Shown in pieces: positions 22,056-35,762 of a stretch of 64,000 nt of DNA. A program made the translations under genes and the position numbers. Under the pieces are notes generated by a model. That model was not told the DNA's origin and did not search any database. It saw only the letters and a list, made by a program, of their open reading frames with translations. Source of the DNA: Oikopleura dioica (taxonomy: Eukaryota; Animalia; Chordata); NCBI GenBank assembly GCA_907165135.1, contig OU015567.1, positions 10,354,001-10,418,000 on the forward strand, read 5' to 3'. Every line of letters begins with the position of its first letter. The stretch's first letter is position 1.

Positions 22056-24820
22056 ATGCATAAAATGGGTAAAAAAGACGAGGAGGCGGGAAACCCCTTT
22101 CAAAATGTTGACCGCTCAACCGCACTCCAGGAAGCTAAAAAGTTCCACGAAACCCCACTCCGACCAAGACTCTGCTCGGAAACTTGCACCAAGGTTATCT
22201 ATCTTGCAAACCAAGGTGAAGAATTCACTACAACAGAAGCAACCGACTTTTTCTTTGCCATGACCAAACTCTTCCAAAATAACGATATCACTCTCCGTCG
22301 TATGTGCTATTTGACTATCAAAGAGCTCTCTAAAATGACCGAACACGCTTTTATCATGACCCAGTCGCTGACCAAAGATATGAACGGCAGTCAAGATCTT
22401 TTCCGACCAGGTGCTGTCCGAGCTCTTTGCTCGATTACAGATCCCACTACTCTTCAGTCGATCGAAAGATACATGAAGCAAGCTATTGTTGATAAGAACA
22501 CAGCTGTTGCATCCGCCGCACTCATTTCTTCTTTCCATCTCTGTGACAGAGCCTACGATATCGTTAAACGATGGGCAAATGAAGCACAGCAAGCTAGCAG
22601 CTCCGACAACCAAATGGTGCAATACCACGCTTTGGGTCTCCTTCACCACTTGAGAAAACGAGATCCTCTTGCCATCGAGAAGCTCGTCGTCAAGCTCTCC
22701 CGAAGTGGCCTCAAGTCTCCCTTGGCCTACACTCTTTTGATCAGAATCGCCGCCAAGCTTCTCGCCGAGGATGACGATCGAACAGCTCTTTTCGATTTTA
22801 TTGAGTCCTGCTTGAGAAACAAAAACGAAATGGTTGTTTATGAAGCCGCAAGTGCCATCGTCAACATGAAAAACATCACTCACAAAGAGATCGCTCCAGC
22901 TGTTTCAGTTCTCCAACAATTTTGTGGCTCTCCAAAGCCAGCCCTTCGATATGCTGGTGTACGATCGCTTAATAAGGTTGCGATGAAGCACCCATCTGCA
23001 GTTACTGCTTGCAATTTGGACTTGGAGAACCTTATCACCGACTCTAACCGATCCATCGCCACTCTTGCTATCACAACTCTTCTGAAGACTGGATCAGAGT
23101 CCTCTGTTGAGCGCCTCATGAAACAGATCTCCAATTTCATGTCGGAGATCTCAGACGAATTCAAGATCGTCGTTGTCGAAGCTGTTTCTGCGCTTTGTGC
23201 AAAATACCCACGAAAACACTCTGTTATGATGGAGTACCTTTCCAAGATGCTTCGAGACGATGGTGGATTCGACTACAAGAAAGCCATCGTTAACTGCCTC
23301 ATTACTATCATTTCCGAGTCCCCTGAGTCCAAAGAACTCGGCCTCATGCAGCTTTGTGAATTCATCGAAGATTGCGAACACACCTCTCTCGCTACTCGAG
23401 TTATCACACTGTTGGGCGACCAGGGTCCACTATGTGCTAATCCTTCAAAGTTCATCAGGTTTATTTATAACCGAGTCATCTTGGAAAACGAAGTTGTTCG
23501 AGCTGCTGCGATCTCTGCTCTTGCTAAGTTTGGAGCTGTCCGAGAGCTTACAGGAATGTTTATGCGCTAGAATATTTATTTCTTTATTTTCGGCAGCTCA
23601 AAAACTCTATAAAGACTCCGTTCTCACTCTCCTCCACAGATCCATGGTCGACGAAGACGATGAAGTTCGAGACCGAGCAACTTTCTACTACCATATCCTG
23701 AAGCTCAAGGATGATAAGCTCAACTCTCAGATGATCATCAACGGTCTCGTTGTTTCTCTCCCAGCACTAGAGCGACAACTTGCTGGTTACCTCGAAGTCT
23801 GCCCAGAAGAACCATTTGATATGAAGACTGTTCCTGTCATGGCAGTCAAGGAAGAAGTCGAGAAGCAAGCTACTGCTACTAAAAAGAAGGAGCCAAGCCG
23901 TGATGAGATCTACGCCGAAGAACTTTCGCGCATCCCTCAATTCGCTGCTCTTGGCCCTCTGTTCAAGTCCTCCGCTGAGCAGAAGCTCACCGAAGCCGAG
24001 ACAGAGTACCAAGTTTCCGTTGTCAAGCACACCTTCCTCAACCACATGGTTCTCCAGTTCAACTGCGCCAATACGCTCAACGACCAAGTTCTCAAAGATC
24101 TTACGATCGAGGTTGAAGGCGCTGATGGATACGAACCCACAAGCTACATTTCTACGGAAGAACTTGTCTACGGCACTCCTGGAAAAACCTACTGCATTAT
24201 GGATCTACCAGAAGCCGATGAAGTTTGCGCTTCCAGCTTGAGCTGTCAGATGAAATTCATCGTCCACGACTGCGACCCCAACACTGGAGACGTCGATGAA
24301 ACCGGTTATCCAGATGAATACGTTATTGATGATATCGAAATTTCCGTCGGAGATCATATTCAGGTAAATCATTTCTTATAAACTACGAGCTCACTTTTCG
24401 ATCAGAGAGTGCTTAAACCTAACTTCCCCGCTTCCTGGGAAGAAGTCGGTGACGAGCATGAACTCGAAGAAACCTATCATCTTTCTGAAATCGGCACTCT
24501 TGAAGAAGCTGTCAAACAGATCATCACATTCCTCGGCATGCAGGTTTGCAAGATATTTTTTAAAAACAGTTTTCAATTATTTATAGCCATGTGAGAGGAG
24601 TGACAAAGTGCCAGAAGGAAAAGTTCACCATGTTCTTATTCTCAGCGGTGTTTACAGAGGTGGCCATGAGATCCTCGTCAGATCGAAGCTTGTTCTCAAG
24701 GTAAGAAATCAAGACTTGCTTCGAGAAACTATCATTATTCAGGACGGTGTTCAAATGCAATTGACCGTGCGTGGAACAGATCCAACTTCAGTCGCTGTTG
24801 TTGCATCGGCGATCGCCTAA
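22056..24820 (+). CDS. COPG: Coatomer subunit gamma
   Basis: [75 protein letters not shown]; 4 introns (one GA-AG). Confidence 0.97.
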
Positions 24821-25663
24821 ATTAGTCAAAATTCTATCTATCTATTTTTATTTGTATCATTATTTTCCAGTGCAATACCATTCGTCCCTTCCTTTCAGTT
24901 CTTCGATATATCTGCTGTTTTCCCTGTAGCGTCTTCTTTACTTCAAGAGGCAATTAGATTACATTTGGGTTAAATTTTATGAAGTAAGATGATGTCTGAT
25001 GTGGATAACAGGTCAAAATCCAAAGATACTCTACAAGTGCAAATATATCGAAATTTACCTTGACACAAATAAAATGTGATAAGTCGCAAGACTACTTATG
25101 TAAGAATCAGTTGTGATCATTGTGTAGAAAAATATTCGAGGGGCAAGGCAAAAAACGGATAGCTGTAAAGCTGCAACTTAGTCTTTCAATACTTTTTACG
25201 CAGTTTGCATACAGTCTACCAACTTGCTAGTGAAAGAGAGCAGGCAATCGTGATGAGCTTCAGCTTCGAATTAAGCCCGTTATCGTACGAAACTAGGGAA
25301 GGGTCCAGAAATGTAGACGTTGCATTAACATTAGACACAGTTCGATGAGAATATTACATGTGTGAAGCTACGTAAAATATCGCGTTTCTCCTGCGTCAGC
25401 TTTAGTTTATAATTTTTAATCATTTCTGGCTCCTTCTTTGACCTCCGACAAAAGGTATTTTTTGTGACCATTTAACGAACTTTTATTGGGCGTGACCTGA
25501 TTTCGCCACTAATTGTTTTGGCTGTTAGAGAGAGTGATGATATTTAGCTTGAAGTTTTTGATATTTGACTAGAAGTCTTTTCGAGTGCTTTTGTGCATCT
25601 GTTTGACTTCTTTGTGCGCGAGAAAGATTGTATTTTGACGAGTTTTACTTTTCAGGAATTCAT

Positions 25664-27609
<1,946 letters not shown>

Positions 27610-27928
27610 TAGAATCTTAACCTACCCATCTAGACTTTTCATTCTGTAGACCTCAAGAACCTGTATTTTACGAAAATCCGAAAGACTCCGCTTTCATGCC
27701 ATAGTGTCCATGTAACCAATTTTACTTTCTGTATCAAGATTTCAACGCAAGTCCAAAACTATGATATTTTGTTTATAACTGTTTCCGTCATAGAGCCTAT
27801 ACTATACATAAATTTCTGTATCTATTCTTTGAATAAATCTATTCCAAAAATATCACATCAGTGTCTGATCAAGAATTGATCGCACACTTTTTGGTCTTTA
27901 CCATAAACTTGGTATTGTAAGTTTCAGA

Positions 27929-30900
27929 ATGTCTAAAAGGGCACGTCTGATAAAAGAGTTCGCAGAAGAGCTTGAATCAAAGTCAAAAGACACGTATATT
28001 TATGATCATCCTCCCCCAAAGGACGATGAATGTAGAATTGCAAGTCAGATATCGAATAATGGAATGAATTCGACAGTTTTTGATAGCAACAGTAACAAAG
28101 AAATGATGCATGATTTTTCCATTTTCCACGAGAAAACGCAAGATAATGTATTCGACCAAACACTGCATAGGGTTGATTCTATGGCTGAAAGCCCCGACTT
28201 CCGTTGTAGCTACTCTGCTGTTTGTATTGAGGTCTTCTCTGATGGCCGGCAAAATTTACCACAAGATCCCAAGGAAGATCCTCTAACAGCAGTTTGCATC
28301 GTGTACTATCACTCGGATGAAGACAGAGAAGACGAAACATGGTTGTTATATACTCGTGACAAGATATATTCCGAAGACGATAGATACGATCTGAACCCCC
28401 GTTTGATCTTCTGCAAAAATGAAATGACACTTTTCGATAAATTTGCTCGACTTTTCCAAAGTCTTAATCCTGACGTAGTTCTTGGCTGGGAAATGAGACG
28501 ACGATCGCTCGGATTTCTGATCAAAAGAGCAGTTTTCGGCCTTGGATGGAAGAAATTCGGGTTGTGCCTCAGTCGACACTTTGGAGGGGATGAAAATAAT
28601 TACTTCGAGAAAGCAACGGTTGGGGATGTGGCGATCCCTGGCCGAACTGTCTTAGAGTTCTGGCGCCTGGCTGCTGATGAGTTGAGTCTGAGATCAACGA
28701 GTTTTGAAGCGGCGGCGTATGAAGTTCTCGGCAAACGCACTCCAATGATGAAACGGATAAAGATGCGGATTATGTGGAACTCTACTGATTGGGAAAAAGT
28801 GTTAAATTTCCTCACGTGCAGAACAGAAAGACTTGCTTTGATGATAAAGAAGATCGGGTTGTTAGAAATCGGATACGAAGTCTCAGGAATCGCAAATGTA
28901 TCCATGAAAGATTCGCTCACTAGAGGATGTCAAGTAAGACATGAAGGTATATTCGGAAACTGCTGTACCTATCTAGGAGAGTTTTCAATGGTAATTTATA
29001 AAAAAAAGAGTAACCTGTATTAAAACTAAGTGAAAGAAATGGTAATGGATTCACCAACTGAAGCTGATGTTCGGGAATCAAGAGCAGGAGAACAAATTGC
29101 TCTCAATCTTGAGCCCGAATCTGGCATGTATACTGGTGGAGTTGCTGTTCTTGATTTTACATCACTGTATCCCTCTGTTATTATCGCTCAAAACATGTGC
29201 TACACCACCATTCTCGGAAATTATCAAGATCATTTGAATGGAGAGCCTCAAAATGTTGGTACGAAATTTGCATGGGCGCTGCCTCGTGAGCAACTTCCTG
29301 ATGAGACGGACGTTCATTATGCTTCAACAAACTGTTGTTTTGTTAATAAAGAAAAACGAATGGGGATTTTGCCGCAAATTCAGACGAAGGAAGGTTTTGA
29401 ATACCAACTCATGGTTTTAGTTGAATTTATTTCGAAACTTAAATAGCTCCTGTCTAGCCGAGCAGCAATAAAGAAAATGATGAAATCCGGCACTCATTCT
29501 CACCGAGAATACAAAATGCTCGATTCTCGTCAACACGCACTAAAAATGATTGCAAACACGATGTACGGATACACCGATGCTGGATTCTCCGGAAGAATGC
29601 CAAACCGACATCTTGCAGAAGCAATTGTCGGTGATGCAAGATGTTTGACAGAAAGAGCAGCGATTGCTTGTAGAGATATGTTCGGCAAAACAGTCATTTA
29701 TGGGGATACGGATTCTGTCTTTGTCGATATGGAAGAAACTGTAAATAGGATCGGTTCAATTAATTTTTAGAATCCAAACTCATCAAATTAATCAGTCCGG
29801 TAAAAGAGAGAATATTGGCGATCTGATAGATTATGTTAAAACTATGGCTGAAGAAATCACAGCAATGTTCCCGCCACCCATTGACTTAAAGTTCGAGAAA
29901 GTCTACTGGCCCTGTATTCTGGAGACAAAGAAGAGATACTGTGGATATCCATGGGAAAAGGCTGGTAAAAAGCCTGAGCTGGAATCAAAGGGAATCGAAA
30001 ATATCCGAAGAGATGGAGTTCTTGCGGGTGGTAAACTGGTAACGAAGGCGGCGAAAACGCTCTTTGACATGGTTGTTGATGGCAAACTCAGTTTCAGGAT
30101 CGCGCTCCATTATCATAGATCATATTTAGGTATCGAACTCCTTGTTGATTTCAAATGTAGAGTGCTTGCAAAGTAAACTAAAGGGAATACTGATAGACGA
30201 AATCGTAAAGATAAAGTCTAACCCAATAGCTTTTCTACCTGATTTGATATTTGAGAAATCATGGCGTGGATATGATGGCTATGCGCCAGGAGCTAAAATT
30301 CCTGCTTGGAAAATAGCAAGAATCAAATACAAACGAGGAGGACCCCTCAATGGCCCTCCTTCAGGAGAACGGATAAAATATTGCGTGGCGGTTCCTACCC
30401 CAGAATCCGGAGAGTCTGTTTTCTCAAGAACGTGGGAAGTTGAGGAATTCTTATTTGGTGATCTTCAGGAAAAGAGCTTCAAAACTCACTTTAGTGAATA
30501 AATATAAGATCTACTACAGATTATTTTGAAACTCATTTTCTAGCCTGATATAGACTGGATAATCAGAATTCATATTCTTCCTGGTTTAGAGCGGTTACTA
30601 GGCGCAGTTCACCCTCTACTTCGAGCGTCACGGTGGGAGGAAGACATTACAGGCCAAGAAGCATCGGTTACTGCCACGAATGGTTCATGGAAAACCTTTT
30701 CTGCCGCCGAACAGTGTATTGCTTGCGAAATGGATGATCCTGCACCCAACAATGTTTTCTGCGAAGGATGCAAAGAAAATAGCGCAGTGATGCGTGTCGT
30801 CGCGAACGAGAAAGAAAAAGTCGAAAACGATCTATCAAAATATCAGCGGAAATGCTTTAATTGCCACAAAGAAGGTAACGGTCCAATAAAAATTGATGAC

Positions 30901-31062
30901 AACACTGTCGTAGCTTTCGGGACAGCGTCGATCGAAGATTTAGACGAAGAGTTTTGCACGAATCTTGACTGCTCGAACAACTACCGACTGATCTACACCG
31001 AGAGGAACATGCCAGCAGTACTCAGAAACCGCCTGTTTGAACATTTCTGTTCCTCTGCATGA
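27929..31062 (+). CDS. REV3L: DNA polymerase zeta catalytic subunit, short form (~950 aa)
   Basis: LEPESG, LDFTSLYPS, KMIANTMYGYTDAGFSGRMP, VIYGDTDS, LKFEKVY, KKRYCG, KGIENIRRDG; C-terminal CxxC...CxxC and CxxC...CxxxxC clusters. Some junctions unresolved. Confidence 0.9.
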
Positions 31063-31889
31063 ATCAAAAGCCTTTTATATGTTACACTGCCTCAAAGACG
31101 GACAATAAAAGAGAAACACACTGATAGTAAAACAATAAGCGGAGGTCGATTGCCCACCGTTTATTTTCGCAATGATTTGTTTGTCTGGCTAAGCTTTCTT
31201 TATTGAAGATTTATCATACAGCTGGAAGATATTTTATTAACAAGATTAGCTTGTAAGTTGCAACGCTGCGAGTTTATTATTTCAATTTTCGAATTTTGCA
31301 TTTAGTAATGATAGGATAATGATAGTTGGATTAACAAGGTCTGAAGAAAAAGGCATATTCGCGATGCAGTCGGTTTTAAGTTCGTTTTCTGTTTGAGCAC
31401 AATGGTGAAGATAGAAAGCATGAATTGAATTTCGTGAGTTAAGAAATTGTTATTTGTCGTTTTTTTTAATAAATAAATACAATTTGTGAAATTTTCGGGT
31501 TTTAGGAACTGTCGGAGCCAATAGATAGTCTGATGGAAAAAAGGAACAAAGGGAGATAAATAATTACAACTGTTATCGCACGCAAATGAAAATCTGTACA
31601 TTTGTAAATAAAATAATTAGTTGAACTGAGTGTAAATTGATAAGTTCTTCGAAGATTCTAAGCAATGAAAGATCATAGGCTCACAATGTCGGAAATAATA
31701 AGGAATCTGTATCGAATTTGGTACAATAGCGAGAATAAAGAATTGTGATTGAGTTAGTAGAGTTGAAGTTTTCTGAGGCACAGTGATAAGAAAAGTTCTC
31801 ATGGGAGCCTTGAAATGTAGTGGGAATGTACGCTCAGCGAGGGTAAGTAGAATAAAAAAATTGAATTAGTTTTTAGAAAGGAGGAATTA

Positions 31890-34641
31890 TCAGCTGCGAA
31901 CGACGCGGTCGGGAAAAAGAGCCTTTTGTAAGATATCCTTTGGCAGGTCGGTTCCAAAAGTGCCAATGTCGAGTTCGATTTGGCTCAATGGATCATTGTC
32001 AGCGAAGCCAGAAGAGTTATTGTTCGAACTTTGCTCCATCCCTTGGAAGTGCTGACTTTGGAGGATATCGTGTTGATCGCCTGGGTTTTGATAGTGTCGT
32101 TGTTCGGCCATGGAGATATTTGAATGTGATCTGGGAACCGGCTGGTGGAGTCTAATGCACCTTGAGAACATGTCCAAGAAAGTACTCGTTTACCTGTCTG
32201 GGAGAAGATGGTGAGAATGGGATCGTTGATGAGGGTAGATCGGCCTCTGTGGGAACTGCTTCATCTGAATTCCTCTTCTAAAGATGGATTATTTTTCGGA
32301 AGCTCGACATGCTAGAATACCGGAGGCTTTGGGGCAATGATTGCGATGAATTAGACTGAAAATGAGAGTAACGATTTGGATCAAGTCCCATGTCCATCAT
32401 GTAGTCTTGGACCTGCGAGTCGATGTGTTGCTGATTATGAGGGGAGTTAGAAAAGGTAGGATTCGAATTCTGATTGTGGTCGTATGAAGGCGCCTGCTGG
32501 GGAGAGGGGGACATTTGGTGCATTTGAAGGCGGCTCATCATGGAGGTGGTCGAATCGTAGTACATAGTGCCGTTTCCAGTACTTTGGCCATTGCTTCCGA
32601 ATTGGCAATTGTTTTGGGACTGAACGGGCATATTCGTCATGTGTGAAGGGCGCTGAAAAGAATTTCAATTGACTCTCAATGAGCAACAAATCGAATGACA
32701 AATTGAGCCCTTTGATGTTTTCTTGTCTGATAGACAACGAAAATATAAGAGTTGTGAATGTGCCAAGAGTTGAGAACCATAAGCTGGTAAATAGAGTCTC
32801 GCGTTGATGATTTTTGTGCCTTTAGAGGTCAACAAAGAGATCTCTGAAGCCTACTTTTTCGGTCGGGTGATAACGAGTTAAATTGAATTTTGAAGCATTC
32901 TGGCCTTATCGATGCACTAGAATGCCGAATTCAACTCGTCACATCCGACTGAAACAATCATCGCTCTGGCAACAAACTCCTCTTTCTCGAGAGAGAAGCT
33001 TTCGGAATGAGAGGACGGAATCTTATTATCGACTTGAATAGATTCTGATCTCAGCGCCGAGGCTTCAACGCGAGATATTCGACTAACCTTGGGGCTCAAT
33101 GAGGAGTCAAAACTTGAGTGCATATTGATGGAATCGTCGGTCATGGAACTGTCGGTTGTTATTTCGCTGATTTGATCGTTGAGAGGTCCCTAGAGAGGAG
33201 CTATTAATGATACGGTCGGTATAAAGACTTCTATCAATACATAAAGTGCGGAAAAATGATCCTTACGTTAAGGTGCATGCAATCGGGCCCAGGAAGGGAG
33301 TGTGGTTGTCCCACGAGTGAGTTTTCTGGTAGTAACTGTTGCTCGACGAGTGGGTGGATCCAGCTCGTTTGTTTAGTCTCATGATTAATGAAAAGACCTT
33401 CTGGTCACGTGTCACTTGTCGCTCACAATGCGACGGCAATTGTGAAGCCTAAAAATGAAAAATGGGTTAGGGCGAGAATGAGAAGCTATAGTGTTATAGT
33501 TGGCGCGAGCTCTGGGACTTACATCGTTGTATTCGCACAGTTCCATGTGTTTTCGCTTGAACTGCTCTAGAATCTGCACTCTGGGATCTTCCATCTGCGA
33601 GTTTTCTCGATCTGTCGACGAAGTAGCGTATGCCGTTTTGAAAACACATTTCCCAGTTTCCAGGCAATGGGATTCGCTCGATATCAACTGCGAGTGGCTG
33701 TATCCGGCCCCTGAAGAAAATTTCAGGGTAAAAATCAGATCGATTTCCTGGCATTGTGGTTTATAATTCTTTCTTGTTTTCTTACATTGCTTGGGTGGGC
33801 TGACGTTTTGGTATTATCGGCAGCGAACGCGATCTTGAGTGTTGCGAGTGGTTGATTGACGTTGCTTGGGCGTTCGGAGGCTTGCCGGCGTTGTGGACAC
33901 CAACCGTGCAGTGAGAGCCTTGAAGTGAGTTACTTGCGTGTTGAGGCGAACCAAGGGATGACGAGTAAGCAGAGCCGGGAGATCCAACTCCTTTGAGGTG
34001 ATTCTGTGCGCTGGGAGGTTCGCTTTTGATAAGAGACTTATCAAAACGCTCGAAAATGATGTCACGAAGAGGAGAACACATTCTTTTCAAAACGGTAAAT
34101 CGTTAAAATACTTGGAAAGATCTTTGAGCGCTTTCCTGGAGTTGTTTATATTGTCGACCCTTCTTGTGCGAGTCTTTGTTTTCGATTTCTCTATTTCGGT
34201 TTCTTTTAGAGGAAGAGTGCGTTCGATGGACCCGCATTGGGCCAAGAGAGCCAGAGTCTGATGAATTTTGAAGAGAGTCTGTTGAAGAATGTTGTTTGAG
34301 CTTTTGCTCGAAAAATGAGGCTGGAAAAGATCCTATTGCTTGAAAGTTACCACTTTTCAAGATTAACCAACTTTACCTTTCATGGCACGAGGAAGACTTT
34401 TCGATTTTTGATGCTTTTGGTCGAGGAGGGACAAACTTTGCTCAAAGTGTTTTTCGATTTCATCGCAAACGGAGCCTAATTTTCTGTGTGAAAAAGAAAA
34501 CAGAAAAAGATGTTTACCTGTGAAACTATAAGTTTGGCTCTTTGACCTGCAATGTCCCTTTGTTTTAGCCGAGTCTTCCATTTTTGTTTTCGCATTCTCG
34601 TTACTTTTCAAATTGGGACTTTTCGTTTTCCCCGAGTCCAT
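31890..34641 (-). CDS. YAP1: YAP/Yorkie-like Hippo effector with TEAD-binding region and two WW domains
   Basis: LPRAMK|GSFPASFFEQ...HSSTDS...VHRTHSS (cf. PMRLRKLPDSFF...HVRAHSS); HSRSRS; WW1 PLPGNWEMCFQNGIRYFVD..EDPR; WW2 LPSHCER...FINHETKQTSWIHP. Both WW domains carry apparent homopolymer frameshifts. Confidence 0.8.
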
Positions 34642-35025
34642 TCACGAATACCTCTATTTTTTTCTAAAAAGAGAAAAAAGCTTTAAGAAATCTGCGCGCT
34701 CGTAAAGTGCTGGCTTCAGAACAACAATCATGAGTCAACAATGGACGAATATTGGTGATAGAGCACCTGCGATAAAAAACAAGAAAATTAAGGACGGATT
34801 GTGTAAGCGACGCTCCTACGTATCATCGCCGAACGGGACTCTAATAAGGCTCATTGTGACGATTGAACACTGCTCGAGTAAATATTGGTTCAACGGAACA
34901 GATCATAAAGATTTTACAGCGAGCTCGAAGTTGTAGTAAGCGTGAGATGATTCCCCATGGGAAAAATTCCTATAACTCGCTGCCTTACAATAATTACTTC
35001 ATTTTTCCGTTCCTCTTTAATTTAA

Positions 35026-35666
35026 GGGGAGGTCGTCGAGAAATTTTTTCGCCTTTTCAAAATTTTGATTATATTTTTGGATTCCTCGATAAAAAGGAGT
35101 ATTTTTGGTCCCTAGCTTTTTCTTAATTTGTTAACTTTTAATGTAAAATTTTCGATTTTAAGTCTCGAACTTGAAATTTCTTGAAAATTATTCGTTGGTG
35201 ATTTCGTCCAAAAACTATCTGAAACTGATTATTATACTCTAGGCATTGTTTTAAAATGATTTCTGACTAATTATTTTTAAAAATCCGAGTCTTTGTGATT
35301 TTTGAATAATTTTCCATGAAAAATGGGTAAAAATGTCGATTTTGACGAAAATCAAATATTTTTAATCAATAAGAAAAATTTTTTATGAAAGTAACCCTTA
35401 ATTTTTGATCGCCGGTTAATTTTTAAGGGTCTAAACTACTTATTAATTATATTTGATGAAGAAAAAACTCGGTTTTCGAGATTTTGGTCACGAGACACCC
35501 CACTTCAACCCTAATTTTTGAAAAATTTTTCAAAAAATTTTTTCTGCTTTTCGCCGGTTAATTTTTCAAACCCTTTTCTTTCAATCCGAAAAGTCAGAAT
35601 TTTTCTATCTAATCGGGTTTCTCCGCATTTTTGGTCACGGAAATCCCAATTCTCGTCGACCTCCCC
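35026..35666. mobile_element. MITE-like non-autonomous DNA transposon, 641 bp, TTAA flanks
   Basis: 17-bp TIRs GGGGAGGTCG(T/A)CGAGAA with 1 mismatch; TTAA at 35022-35025 and 35667-35670; AT-rich interior with repeated GCCGGTTAATTTTT and TTGGTCACG. Confidence 0.8.
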
Positions 35667-35762
35667 TTAAGGAAAATATAAATATGGCAAGTGTGTATTT
35701 GGGATGAAAGGTAAATGTAGTATTTATTACGGGCAGTACGCAGACTCTGATAACAGTAGAAA

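Noticed and set aside
34730-34936. ORF with VTIEHCS resembling SelH/SelW Rdx proteins
   Set aside because: No CxxU/CxxC follows under any splice I tried; cannot be supported as a gene
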